A stretch of 46,097 nucleotides of DNA from an uncultured Clostridia bacterium (GCA_964524965.1 CAZGDY010000002.1:1-46097), one strand, 5' to 3'; shown: positions 27,886 to 39,728, counted from the first letter of the stretch. Made by a program: numbers and translations. The notes: generated by a model from the letters alone, not told the origin.

Positions 27886-30339
27886 TTATTTAACCTTGGT
27901 TTTTTCCGCTTTTTCCTTTTTCTTATTGAATGTTATCTGTCCATTTTTAACTCCCACTACCACCGTATCTCCTTCCTTGAATTTTCCCTGCAAAATTTCC
28001 TCGGATAGAGGATTTTCAATCAGTCTTTGGATAGCTCTTCTTAGAGGACGAGCACCAAAATCAGGGTCAAACCCCTCTTCAGCTATTACATCTTTTGCAT
28101 TAGGAGTTATCTCCAATTGAACATCTTTTTCCTTAAGAAGTTCTTTCTCTTCCTCTAACATTAGACCAACAATCTGCTTTATTTGTTCCCTGGAAAGAGA
28201 ATGAAAAACAATCACTTCGTCCAATCTGTTTAAAAACTCTGGCCTAAAATAACGTTTCAATTCTGAGAGAACATGCTTTTTCATTTCTTCATAATCCATT
28301 CCACTTTTTCCCGTTGAGCGAAAACCAACGTTGGAATCACTTTTTATATGCTCGGCACCCAAATTAGAAGTCATAATCAATACTACGTTACGAAAGTCAA
28401 TCGTATGTCCCAGGTTATCGGAAAGTCTACCATCTTCCATAATTTGGAGAAGAATATTGAAAACATCAGGATGAGCTTTTTCAATTTCGTCCAAAAGAAC
28501 AACCGAGTAAGGCCTGCGCCTTATTTTTTCAGTTAATTCCCCACCCTCTTCATAACCAACATATCCTGGAGGAGCACCAGTAAGTCGTGAAACAGTAAAT
28601 TTTTCCATATACTCGGACATGTCAAGACGGATCATAGCATCTTCGTCTCCAAAAAGAAATTCAGCTAAGCTTCTCGCCAATTCCGTTTTACCTACACCAG
28701 TTGGGCCTAAAAACAGAAAACATCCTATAGGCCGTCTTATGTTCTTTACTCCTGCCTGAGCACGACGTATTGATTGAGATACCGATTTTATAGCCGCCTC
28801 TTGCCCGACCATCCGTTCGTGTATAGTTTCTTCTATTCTTAACAAGCGCTTCGCTTCTTTTTCCGTTAAATCGCGAATAGGAATATTAGTCCAGCTGGAA
28901 ACAATATAAGCTATATCTTTTTCGGTTACTACTTCTTCTTCAATTTTCTTTCCCTTAACTGCTTGCCACTGATTTTTCTCTTCCAAAAGAACATGTTTCA
29001 AATTTTTTTCTTGGTCACGTAATTTAGCAGCTTTTTCAAATTCCTGAGCTCTTATAGCTGCTTCTTTTTCTTTTCTAATCTGTTCTAATTCACTTTCAAC
29101 ACTTTTAAGTTTTTTAGGTCTAATACTACTTTTCAGCCTCACTCTGGCTGCAGCCTCATCCACAACATCAATAGCTTTATCTGGCAAGAAACGACCCTGG
29201 ATGTAACGATGAGAAAGTTTTGCTGCCGCTTTTATAGCATCTTCGTTGATTTTTACGCGATGAAAAGCCTCATAGCGATCTCGCAAACCTTTTAATATAT
29301 CAACAGTTTGCTTAACCGTAGGTTCATTTACCATAATCGTTTGAAATCTTCTCTCCAAAGCTTCATCTCGTTCAATGTATTTTCTATACTCATCAAGAGT
29401 AGTAGCTCCTATGCATTGAAGTTCTCCTCTGGCTAAGGCAGGTTTCAAAATATTTGAGGCATCTATAGCGCCTTCTGCCGCACCAGCTCCCACTAAAGTA
29501 TGAATTTCATCGATAAACAATATTATGTTTTTGGCTTTCCTAATTTCATTCAACATTCTTTCCATGCGCTTTTCAAACTCACCCCTATATTTAGTCCCCG
29601 CTACTACCGAACCCAGCTCCATAGTCACTACTCTTTTTCTCAAAAGAGGATCGGGGAGAGTCCCTTCTATTATTTTCTGCGCAATTCCTTCAGCGATAGC
29701 CGTTTTTCCCACTCCTGCTTCTCCAATAAGCACCGGATTGTTCTTAGTTCTTCGTGATAAAATCTGAATTACCCTCTCAATTTCTTTTTCCCTGCCTATA
29801 ACCGGATCCAACTCACCATTTCGTGCCAGTTCAGTAAGATCTCTTCCGTAACGATCCAGAGTCGGAGTATTACTGGGCTTAGAAGTTTTTTCCAAAGAAA
29901 CTTTTTCGCCCAGAAGAGCTACAACTTCCTCGCGTACTTTTTCCAGATCTGCACCCAAATTTGTTAGTATTTGAGCTGCCACCCCTTCTCCTTCTCTTAT
30001 TAATCCCAGAAGAAGATGTTCGGTACCTATGTAGTTATGGTTTAAATTTCGAGCTTCGGCTACTGCTAATTCTAAGACCTTCTTAGCTCGAGGAGTAAAA
30101 GGAATTTGCCCTAAAAATAAAGAACCTCCACCTCTTCCCACAGCTTTTTCTACTTCATGGCGAACCTGTTCAAGATCTACTTCAAGATTTTGAAGGGCTA
30201 AAGCTGCTACTCCTTCTCCTTCTCTTACTAATCCCAGAAGAAGATGTTCGGTGCCTAAATAATCATGATCCAACCTCTTAGCTTCTTCTCGAGCTAAAAG
30301 GATTACTCTTCTTGCTCTTTCGGTGAACCTATTAAACAT
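27886..30339 (-). CDS. clpC: ATP-dependent Clp protease ATP-binding subunit ClpC
   Basis: Duplicated Clp_N repeats (GTEHLLLGL, twice), two AAA+ modules (GEAGVGKT, GPTGVGKT), a UVR-like linker (FEKAAKLRDQE) and a ClpP-docking VGF loop. Confidence 0.9.
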   Translation of the reverse strand: MFNRFTERARRVILLAREEAKRLDHDYLGTEHLLLGLVREGEGVAALALQNLEVDLEQVRHEVEKAVGRGGGSLFLGQIPFTPRAKKVLELAVAEARNLNHNYIGTEHLLLGLIREGEGVAAQILTNLGADLEKVREEVVALLGEKVSLEKTSKPSNTPTLDRYGRDLTELARNGELDPVIGREKEIERVIQILSRRTKNNPVLIGEAGVGKTAIAEGIAQKIIEGTLPDPLLRKRVVTMELGSVVAGTKYRGEFEKRMERMLNEIRKAKNIILFIDEIHTLVGAGAAEGAIDASNILKPALARGELQCIGATTLDEYRKYIERDEALERRFQTIMVNEPTVKQTVDILKGLRDRYEAFHRVKINEDAIKAAAKLSHRYIQGRFLPDKAIDVVDEAAARVRLKSSIRPKKLKSVESELEQIRKEKEAAIRAQEFEKAAKLRDQEKNLKHVLLEEKNQWQAVKGKKIEEEVVTEKDIAYIVSSWTNIPIRDLTEKEAKRLLRIEETIHERMVGQEAAIKSVSQSIRRAQAGVKNIRRPIGCFLFLGPTGVGKTELARSLAEFLFGDEDAMIRLDMSEYMEKFTVSRLTGAPPGYVGYEEGGELTEKIRRRPYSVVLLDEIEKAHPDVFNILLQIMEDGRLSDNLGHTIDFRNVVLIMTSNLGAEHIKSDSNVGFRSTGKSGMDYEEMKKHVLSELKRYFRPEFLNRLDEVIVFHSLSREQIKQIVGLMLEEEKELLKEKDVQLEITPNAKDVIAEEGFDPDFGARPLRRAIQRLIENPLSEEILQGKFKEGDTVVVGVKNGQITFNKKKEKAEKTKVK

Positions 30340-30399
30340 AGTTTCCCCCTTTCGGGTAAATTCACCTTTATTTATATTAAAAATATCCCCTCAGTCAAG

Positions 30400-33059
<2,660 letters not shown>

Positions 33060-33063
33060 TATT

Positions 33064-34641
33064 CTATAGATGAACTAATTTTACTTTAAGTACCTCTTCG
33101 ATATTTTGAAGAGATTTCATAACCTCAGAAGTGAGAGAAGTATCTAAAGTATAAACAGATACATTTTCCTTTCCCGGAATAATTGTTCCCATCCACAATC
33201 CAGCAATATTGATCCCAAAATTACCTAAAAGAGTGCTTATTTTTCCCACCGCCCCTGGTTTATCTACATTGTTACAAATTAAAAGATAGCCCTGGGGAAT
33301 AAACTCCAGAGAATAATCATTTATCCTCACTACATAGGGAATCTTCTTTTCCAGAGCTGTCCCTTCTATTTTAAGCTCTCCGCTATCACTAAAAACTTTC
33401 AATTGGACAAGATTAAAGTATTCTTCTTGCTGGGTGGTCTTAACCTCAGATATTTTGATCCCCCTCTCTTTTGCCAAAAAAAGAGCATTAACATAATTTA
33501 CACTTTCTTTCAATACAAAACCTAAAAGACCCTTTAAAAGAGCTACGGTTAAGGGCCTCGTTTCATGCTCAGCTAAATCTCCTTTGTATATAACTTCCAC
33601 TTCCCTCAGGTTTCCTTCCATTAGTTGAGCAGCTAAATTTCCCATTTTCTCAGTTAGGGAAAGATAACCTCCAATTTTTTTCTTAAGACGAGGGGGGAAA
33701 GTTAAAATATTTACTGCATTCCTTACCTGGTTTTTTTTAAGAGCATCAGCAACCTGTATCGCAATTTCCTCTGCTACTCTCACCTGAGCTTCTTCAGTAG
33801 AAGCACCAAGATGAGGAGTAACTATCACTGAATCCAGTTCTAAAAGGGGGCTTCCGAAGGGTTTTCCTTTCTCAAAAACATCAAGAGCAGCACCCTTAAC
33901 CTTTCCCTCCTTTAAGGCTCTATAAAGAGCATTTTCGTCAATGATTCCTCCGCGAGCACAGTTAATTATTCTAATGCCATTTTTCATCAAAGAAAATTCT
34001 CTATCGCTGATTAACTCTTGAGTATGCTCAGTTAAAGGGGCATGGATTGTCAAATAATCAACACAAGAAAGCACCTTATCTAGCTTACACAGGGTTACAC
34101 CAAGTTCCTCAGCTTTTTCTTTAGTAGTAAAGGGATCATAACCTATGTTCTTCATTCCTAAACCTTGAGCTCGTTTAGCTACCTCACTCCCAATTCTTCC
34201 TAAACCAATAATTCCTAAACTCTTTCCATAAACCTCGGTCCCCATAAATTTTTTTCTATCCCACACCCCTTTTTTTAAAGAGAAATTAGCCTGAGGAATA
34301 TTTCGGGATAAAGATAAAAGCATGGAAATAGTATGCTCTGCAGCTGAAATTGTATTACTTTCCGGGGTATTCATCACTATAATTCCTCTTCTAGTAGCAG
34401 CACCTATATCCACATTATCAAGACCAGTCCCTGCTCTTCCGATTATTTTTAAATTAGAAGCGGCGTTAATTACCTTCTCTGTTACCCTCGTCCCGCTACG
34501 AATAATAAGAGCACTATAATCGGGAATAATTTCAATAAGCTCTTTCTCTTCGATATTTTTTCTCTCTGTTGTCTGAAAACCCTTTTCTTTCAGCTTCGCT
34601 ATACCCTCTTCAGCCAGAGAATCAGCTACCAAAATTTTCAA
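33064..34641 (-). CDS. serA: D-3-phosphoglycerate dehydrogenase with C-terminal ACT domain
   Basis: GIIGLGRIGSEVA NAD motif, NCARGG, TPHLGAST, and a C-terminal ACT region. I prefer the TTG start at 34641 (MKILVAD...) because AGGGGGGG lies 5 nt upstream and it removes the overlap implied by the listed 34674 start. Confidence 0.9.
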   Translation of the reverse strand: MKILVADSLAEEGIAKLKEKGFQTTERKNIEEKELIEIIPDYSALIIRSGTRVTEKVINAASNLKIIGRAGTGLDNVDIGAATRRGIIVMNTPESNTISAAEHTISMLLSLSRNIPQANFSLKKGVWDRKKFMGTEVYGKSLGIIGLGRIGSEVAKRAQGLGMKNIGYDPFTTKEKAEELGVTLCKLDKVLSCVDYLTIHAPLTEHTQELISDREFSLMKNGIRIINCARGGIIDENALYRALKEGKVKGAALDVFEKGKPFGSPLLELDSVIVTPHLGASTEEAQVRVAEEIAIQVADALKKNQVRNAVNILTFPPRLKKKIGGYLSLTEKMGNLAAQLMEGNLREVEVIYKGDLAEHETRPLTVALLKGLLGFVLKESVNYVNALFLAKERGIKISEVKTTQQEEYFNLVQLKVFSDSGELKIEGTALEKKIPYVVRINDYSLEFIPQGYLLICNNVDKPGAVGKISTLLGNFGINIAGLWMGTIIPGKENVSVYTLDTSLTSEVMKSLQNIEEVLKVKLVHL

Positions 34642-34667
34642 TTCTACCCCCCCTAGTACATTTGATC

Positions 34668-35810
34668 TTAACAAGGTATTTTTCCCATTAAAATCTTTTC
34701 TGCCGCTTTGATTCCACTACCTAATTCTACCTTATGCCCAAGTTGGGATAAAGACATTTCCAGAGCAGAAATAACTACAATAATATCAAGTTTATCCATC
34801 CATCCCAGGTGAGCTATTCTTATTATTTTACCTGAAAGTTTGCCTTGGCCACCAGCCACTACAATCCCAAAATCATTTTGCATTTTTTCTTTCAGTTTTT
34901 TACCCTCGATATCTAAGGGAACTAAAATAGCGGTAACTCCATTACAAGAAGGATTCCCAAAAACCTGCAAACCAAGAAAGACAGCTGCCTCACGAACAGC
35001 CTCAGCAAACATTTTATGGCGATTCAGAATGCTACTTAAACCTTCCTCTCTAATTAAATTCAAAGACTCCCTTAAAGCACATACGAGCGAAATAGCAGGA
35101 GTATAGGGAGTTTGGTTCTTAATAAGAGAGGATCTTGCCTCTTTAAAATCCCAGTAATACCTTAAAGAAGTAGCTCTCTCTACAGCTTTCCACGCTTTAT
35201 CAGAAAGAGAAATAAAAGCAAGACCGGGAGGTAGCATAAAAGCTTTTTGAGAACCTGCTACAACTACATCAACTTTCCACTTATCTGTCCAAAGAGGCTC
35301 TGCCCCTAAACCACTTATAGCATCCACTACCATTACCGCAGAAGTTTCATTAACTATCCTGCTTATACTCTCTACATCATATCTCACTGCGGTACTGGTC
35401 TCCACTAGTTGAGTAAAAACAGCTTTGATTTTTGTGTTACTCTTTAATTTTTTCTCTACCTGTAAAGGATCTGGTGCCCTTCCCCATTCTACATCTATGT
35501 AGGTGGTTCTCAGCCCAAAAACCTCACTGATTTCTCCCCATCTTTCTCCAAATTTACCCCCTCTAATAACCAATATTTCATCTCCCGGAGATAAAATATT
35601 GGTCACTACAGCTTCCATCGCACCAGTACCCGAGGTTGTAAAAGTAAGAACATCATTTTTAGTTTGAAAAACATACTGCAAACCTCGGCAAACTTCCTTA
35701 AAAATTTCTGAAAATTCTAAGGTTCTATGGTGAATAATATTCTTTGCCTGTGACAGTTTCACTCTTTCTGGAAGAGGAGTAGGGCCTGGTGCAAACATCC
35801 TGATTTTCAC
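34668..35810 (-). CDS. class V aminotransferase (serine-pyruvate / phosphoserine aminotransferase type)
   Basis: FAPGPTPLP N-terminus, TSGTGAMEA, and PLP-lysine context AGSQKAFMLPPGLAF. Its position directly upstream of serA suggests a phosphoserine aminotransferase role. Confidence 0.8.
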   Translation of the reverse strand: MKIRMFAPGPTPLPERVKLSQAKNIIHHRTLEFSEIFKEVCRGLQYVFQTKNDVLTFTTSGTGAMEAVVTNILSPGDEILVIRGGKFGERWGEISEVFGLRTTYIDVEWGRAPDPLQVEKKLKSNTKIKAVFTQLVETSTAVRYDVESISRIVNETSAVMVVDAISGLGAEPLWTDKWKVDVVVAGSQKAFMLPPGLAFISLSDKAWKAVERATSLRYYWDFKEARSSLIKNQTPYTPAISLVCALRESLNLIREEGLSSILNRHKMFAEAVREAAVFLGLQVFGNPSCNGVTAILVPLDIEGKKLKEKMQNDFGIVVAGGQGKLSGKIIRIAHLGWMDKLDIIVVISALEMSLSQLGHKVELGSGIKAAEKILMGKIPC

Positions 35811-35853
35811 TTTTACCTCCTAAAATTCTCTGGAGAATCACCCAGTTATTTAA

Positions 35854-36102
35854 TTACTGAAGATCATTGTAAATAATTATCCGTCTGTTAGAGGTAAACT
35901 GCACATATCCTTCAACTTTGGCAAATAAGGTATCATCACTACCTTTGCCTACACCTCTTCCAGGATGAAATTTGGTACCTCGTTGGCGTACCAGAATCGC
36001 TCCGGCTTTAACAAATTGTCCCCCAGAAGCCTTCACCCCCAACCTTTTAGAAGCACTTTCACGTCCATTTGAAGAATGGCCTTGTCCCTTTTTATGAGCC
36101 AT
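35854..36102 (-). CDS. rpmA: 50S ribosomal protein L27
   Basis: [20 protein letters not shown]...[13 protein letters not shown]. There is no N-terminal pro-peptide extension. Confidence 0.95.
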   Translation of the reverse strand: MAHKKGQGHSSNGRESASKRLGVKASGGQFVKAGAILVRQRGTKFHPGRGVGKGSDDTLFAKVEGYVQFTSNRRIIIYNDLQ

Positions 36103-36137
36103 TGTTTATTCCCCTTTTTTAATTTTATTTAAGTTTA

Positions 36138-36311
36138 TTAATCCTTTAATTCGCTAATTCCAATTACAAGAATTACCACACCAACAACAACCGCAGCAAT
36201 TCCTACGACTCCCTGCAAAAAACTCAATACCTGTATTGCAAAAATACAGATCAAAACTATCCCCACTACGGTAGCTACTGCTCCCCCGACGATCTTCAGT
36301 AATTTTTTCAT
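36138..36311 (-). CDS. unlisted small ORF: 57 aa predicted two-helix membrane protein
   Basis: Read by hand: MKKLLKIVGGAVATVVGIVLICIFAIQVLSFLQGVVGIAAVVVGVVILVIGISELKD, stop TAA. AAGGAGAG lies 5 nt upstream of the ATG at 36311. It falls below the ORF-track length cut-off. Confidence 0.4.
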   Translation of the reverse strand: MKKLLKIVGGAVATVVGIVLICIFAIQVLSFLQGVVGIAAVVVGVVILVIGISELKD

Positions 36312-36440
36312 CTATTCTCTCCTTTTTGTATTTTTCCCCCTGCTACTAACCCAAAACAAGGAAAAAATTTCTCTTGGAAATCTATTTAGTTCCTCCTAAG
36401 CAAAAAAAATAAGACAAGAAACTTCCCAGGAGAACCTAAA

Positions 36441-36787
36441 GGGATAAGAGAAGTGTAAGCCGGGTTCTGTTAACGAAAAAGAAATTTTTCGACAGTGACC
36501 ATTCATCTAGGATTTAGGTTACCCTAAACCTCAAGCGGCCTACCCGAGGTTAAACCTCCTATTTGGCCTTGCACCTGACAGGGTTTACCCAACCAGAGAA
36601 TCACTTCTCTGCCGGTAGGCTCTTACCCCACCTTTTCACCCTTACCTGGTAGTTTTTTCTACCGGGTGGTTTGGTTTCTGCGGCACTTTCCAAGAGTTAC
36701 CCCCTCTGGGCGTTACCCAGCGTCGTTAATGGTGCCCGGACTTTCCTCAGGGAATAAATTCCCCGCGGTCACTCATTCTCTCATCCC
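36441..36787 (-). ncRNA. rnpB: RNase P RNA, bacterial type A
   Basis: The minus strand contains GAGGAAAGUCCGGGC, CAGGUAAGGGUGAAAAGGUGGGGUAAGAGCC, GCAAGGCCAAAUAGG, GGGUAGGCCGCUUGAGG, CCUAGAUGAAUGGUCACUGUC and ACAGAACCCGGCUUA, in the canonical order. The P1 ends GGGAUGAGAGAA.. and ..UUCUCUUAUCCC pair. End coordinates are accurate to about 5 nt. Confidence 0.93.
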
Positions 36788-37191
36788 CTTGCAGCTTCTT
36801 TAGCTAACTTATCAGCTTTAGTATTGTCATTTCTGGAAATTTGGCAAAATTTAACTCTTTCAAAAAGACTTCTTAAGTGTTTAACTTGATTATAAAATAA
36901 CAAAAGATTTTTATTGCGAACTCGGTACTCTCCCTTTAGTTGTCTTACTAAAAGTTCGCTATCAGAATAACAAATAAGTTTTTTTGCTCCTATTTTCAGT
37001 GCTTCTTGCATTCCATAAATTAAAGCTGAGTACTCTGCAACATTATTGGTGGTAATCCCAATAAATCTGCCCCCATCTTTTATTAATTCATGCTTAGGGG
37101 TATAAAGTACAAAAGCTACCGCCGCCTTCCCGGGATTCCCAAGACAAGCTCCATCGGTGTAGAGAATAACTGTAGAATAATCTACCGCCAT
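36781..37191 (-). CDS. rnhA: ribonuclease HI (type 1 RNase H)
   Basis: DEDD catalytic pattern: LYTDGAC (D), NNVAEYSAL (E), YSDSELL (D), NTKADKLA (D). 136 aa. Confidence 0.8.
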   Translation of the reverse strand: MAVDYSTVILYTDGACLGNPGKAAVAFVLYTPKHELIKDGGRFIGITTNNVAEYSALIYGMQEALKIGAKKLICYSDSELLVRQLKGEYRVRNKNLLLFYNQVKHLRSLFERVKFCQISRNDNTKADKLAKEAARG

Positions 37192-37201
37192 TTTTGCCTT
37201 T

Positions 37202-37606
37202 TTAACTATTTCTTAGTTTTTGTATTTGGTCTTCTTTTTCTTTTAACTCTTTTTTCAGATTAGAAATTTCCTCTACCAACCTTTTAAGTTCTCCCTCATC
37301 TAACTCTTCATGAATTTTTAGCTGCATAACAAGCTCACCCATCTTCTGCAGTTTTTTCTCAATTTGTCTCTTTTCATCTTTAATCTGAGACTTTAACTTG
37401 GTTAACTGCCCAAATTCTTTAGTCTCTGTGGTTAATTTCTCCAGGCCTTCCTGAGCAGTTTTTTTGATTTTTTCCCCTAAGTCATCCAGATGCTTTCGCC
37501 AATCTTTAGTTTTTGCAGTTGTTTTCTCTATACCAGTTTGAGTAGTAGCTATGAATTCTTCGGCTAATTCATCTAATTTTTTTCCCAGTTCCTCAAACTT
37601 ACTCAT
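37202..37606 (-). CDS. Lys/Glu-rich coiled-coil protein, function unknown
   Basis: Start moved to ATG 37606 (MSKFEELGKK..), which has GGAGGTGG 6 nt upstream. The listed longer ORF (to 37672) runs into the tRNA gene. Heptad-like K/E/L composition throughout. Confidence 0.5.
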   Translation of the reverse strand: MSKFEELGKKLDELAEEFIATTQTGIEKTTAKTKDWRKHLDDLGEKIKKTAQEGLEKLTTETKEFGQLTKLKSQIKDEKRQIEKKLQKMGELVMQLKIHEELDEGELKRLVEEISNLKKELKEKEDQIQKLRNS

Positions 37607-37642
37607 TTGAACCACCTCCAAAAAATTATATTTAAAATTTTC

Positions 37643-37719
37643 TGGCACGCCTGGAGGGACTCGAACCCCCAACCTGCGGATCCGAAGTCCGCCGCTCTAT
37701 CCAATTGAGCTACAGGCGC
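37643..37719 (-). tRNA. tRNA-Arg (anticodon UCG), CCA encoded
   Basis: The minus strand GCGCCTGTAGCTCAATTGGATAGAGCGGCGGACTTCGGATCCGCAGGTTGGGGGTTCGAGTCCCTCCAGGCGTGCCA folds as a cloverleaf. It has a 7 bp acceptor stem with G1-U72. The anticodon stem GCGGA/TCCGC carries the loop CU-UCG-GA. The T-loop is TTCGAGT. Confidence 0.93.
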
Positions 37720-38006
37720 ACTAATAAGACAGCGAGATAGTCTATAATTTCATAGAGTTTGGTAGTTCTGAGTTGAGATAAAATGCTCATAATTACAAAT
37801 TATCAAAACCCTTATCCTTAAAAATATATCTTCGGCAAAAATTTTAGAAAAACTTGCCTGTTAGAAGATTTCTTCAAATATCAGAAAAAAACGTGGAAAA
37901 TAGTATCCTTCCAGAACTTTTATATATTAGTCAAATTACCATAGACTGTCAACCTGATGTATTTTTTCCTGCTTATTTAAGTGGCAAAATCCTTTACTTT
38001 TCTTTT

Positions 38007-38052
38007 TTGACCTATTTTATTTTTTAGGTATTATGAATTGCAAGACAATACT
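38007..38052 (+). promoter_or_regulatory. nikR promoter with overlapping inverted repeat (candidate NikR operator)
   Basis: TTGACC (38007-38012), a 17 nt spacer, then TATTAT (38030-38035). The inverted repeat GTATTA-N12-CAATAC (38029-38052) overlaps the -10 hexamer and the transcription start. Confidence 0.4.
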
Positions 38053-38071
38053 CTATTGGAAGAGGAAACTT

Positions 38072-38488
38072 ATGATTAAATTAGTAAGATTTGGAGTTTC
38101 TCTAAAAAATAACCTTATTAAAAAATTTGACGAGGAAATTCAAAAACAAGGTTATAATAACAGATCCAAGGCAATAGGAGATCTTATAAGAAACTGGCTT
38201 ATGCAACGAAAACTAAATTTAAAAGATGAGAAGGGAGTTGGAATCATAACTCTGCTTTATGACCACGAAATTAAAACTACCACTGATGCTCTCTTAAGTC
38301 TCCAGCACTCTTATAGTAATAAGGTTGTTACCACAACTCATATTCATTTAAATTCTCATACTTGCCTGGAAGTAATCATAGTTAGAGGTAGGGTAATTCA
38401 AATTAAAAAAATAGCTGACCAATTATCTCCTATCCGAGGAGTAAAACAAGTTCAGCTAACTTTAACTACTACTCAAGGAATGGATTAA
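38072..38488 (+). CDS. nikR: nickel-responsive regulator NikR (ribbon-helix-helix plus ACT-like metal domain)
   Basis: VRFGVSL..L...D......GYNNRSKAIGDLIR matches the NikR RHH domain. The metal site THIHLNSHTCLEV aligns with LHVHINHDDCLE of E. coli NikR. Start at ATG 38072 (AGAGGA RBS). The listed 38033 start lies inside the promoter. Confidence 0.8.
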   Translation: MIKLVRFGVSLKNNLIKKFDEEIQKQGYNNRSKAIGDLIRNWLMQRKLNLKDEKGVGIITLLYDHEIKTTTDALLSLQHSYSNKVVTTTHIHLNSHTCLEVIIVRGRVIQIKKIADQLSPIRGVKQVQLTLTTTQGMD

Positions 38489-38506
38489 AATAGTTAAAAT
38501 CCATAA

Positions 38507-38800
38507 TTATTTAGGGGAATTCAGTTTTTCTTCAGGAATAATTTGATATACTACTTCTTTTTTTCTGGCCAACCCTAACTTTTCCCGAGCTAATTTTTCT
38601 TTGAAAAAGGGATCACTAAGTTTTACCTCCATTTCCTCTAATCTTTCATTTTCTGCCTCAATCTGCCCAATCTCATCATACGCTGCTTTCACCTGCTCAT
38701 TTAGTTTATTGATATCCCACTTCACTTTTACGTACCAGCTAAATAAAAATCCAATCGCCACTACCAATAAAAAAATAAATATCTTCTTAGTGCCTTTCAA
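38507..38800 (-). CDS. ftsB: septum formation initiator FtsB/DivIC family protein
   Basis: A single N-terminal TM helix, a coiled coil (LNEQVKAAYDEIGQIEAENERLEE) and a KLAREKLGLARKKEVVY tail, typical of the family. Confidence 0.7.
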   Translation of the reverse strand: MKGTKKIFIFLLVVAIGFLFSWYVKVKWDINKLNEQVKAAYDEIGQIEAENERLEEMEVKLSDPFFKEKLAREKLGLARKKEVVYQIIPEEKLNSPK

Positions 38801-38815
38801 TTAATCCTCATTTTT

Positions 38816-39601
38816 TTACCAAAAAAAGGTAAAATAAAGCTCAACGATCCTTTCCCCTAAAAAGAAAGTAAGAAAAGCTCCTGATACTAAAAAAGGGCCA
38901 AAAGAAATTTTATCTTTCATTCCCTTCAGGCGAAAAAAAAGAAACCCTCCTGCCACTAAGGCACCTAACAAAAAAGAGAGAAAAAAAGATATAAGTGCCA
39001 TCTTCCAACCAAGAAAAGCTCCGATGCCTGCGGCAACTTTTACATCCCCCATCCCCATGCCCGGTCGATGCAAGAAAAGAAAGCTCAGATAAAAAATTAA
39101 AAGAAAAATCCCTACTCCCACCCCTGCTCCTTTAAGACTAACTAAAAAATCCCCTTGTATTGCTGAGAAAACCACACAGGAAATAACCAAGGTATAAGAT
39201 AAACCATCAGGAATAATCCCATGTTCAAGATCAATAAAGAAAACAGGGATAAGTACAGATATAAAAAAAGCATCTTTAACAAGACTAATAAGAAAATAAA
39301 AACCAAAAGTGAAAGGGTAGTTGTGCCAGAGAATAAGAAGAAAAAAAATAGCGCAAATTCCTTCTATCAAAGGATAACGCCAGGAAATTTTCTTTTTACA
39401 GTTTCGACAGCTCCCGGCCAGAAGAAAAAAACTCACTACAGGAATATTATCATACCAAAAAATAGCACTACTGCATTTGGGACAATGAGAGGAAGGTGCC
39501 CAGAGGGATATATCTCGAGGCAGACGATAAATAACCACATTGAGAAAAGAACCTATTATCAAACCCATTATTAGCATAAAGATGGATAAAAAAAGGATCA
39601 T
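38816..39601 (-). CDS. pilD: prepilin peptidase (A24 family, PilD/GspO)
   Basis: N-terminal CPKC...CRNC zinc motif, a polytopic membrane domain, and catalytic Asp contexts (FFIDLEHGIIPD and GMGMGDVK). Confidence 0.9.
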   Translation of the reverse strand: MILFLSIFMLIMGLIIGSFLNVVIYRLPRDISLWAPSSHCPKCSSAIFWYDNIPVVSFFLLAGSCRNCKKKISWRYPLIEGICAIFFLLILWHNYPFTFGFYFLISLVKDAFFISVLIPVFFIDLEHGIIPDGLSYTLVISCVVFSAIQGDFLVSLKGAGVGVGIFLLIFYLSFLFLHRPGMGMGDVKVAAGIGAFLGWKMALISFFLSFLLGALVAGGFLFFRLKGMKDKISFGPFLVSGAFLTFFLGERIVELYFTFFW

Positions 39602-39667
39602 CTTTTCTCACCCCGTTTTTTCTAAGCTATAGGAGTTTTAGCGGAGTGTCAAGAAATAATATCTTAA

Positions 39668-39700
39668 AATAAAAAAGGCAGGGAAAAATTCCCTGCCTTT
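39668..39700 (-). terminator. intrinsic terminator after the pseudopilin gene
   Basis: Minus strand reads GGCAGGG, a 7 nt loop, CCCUGCC, then UUUUUU. It starts about 30 nt after the pilin stop. A-runs and T-runs on both sides make it potentially bidirectional. Confidence 0.8.
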
Positions 39701-39728
39701 TTTTAATGAAAAAGATAAAAAATGTTCT

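Noticed and set aside
30340-30399. CtsR or CIRCE heat-shock operator upstream of clpC.
   Set aside because: A reasonable promoter (TTGACT-16-TATAAA) is present. However, neither the GGTCAAA direct heptad repeat of CtsR nor the TTAGCACTC-N9-GAGTGCTAA CIRCE element is there.
37607-37672. N-terminal extension of the coiled-coil ORF (listed start 37672, [13 protein letters not shown]...).
   Set aside because: The extension is the reverse-strand reading of the tRNA-Arg 3' half (37643-37719). A strong GGAGGTGG RBS precedes the internal ATG at 37606.
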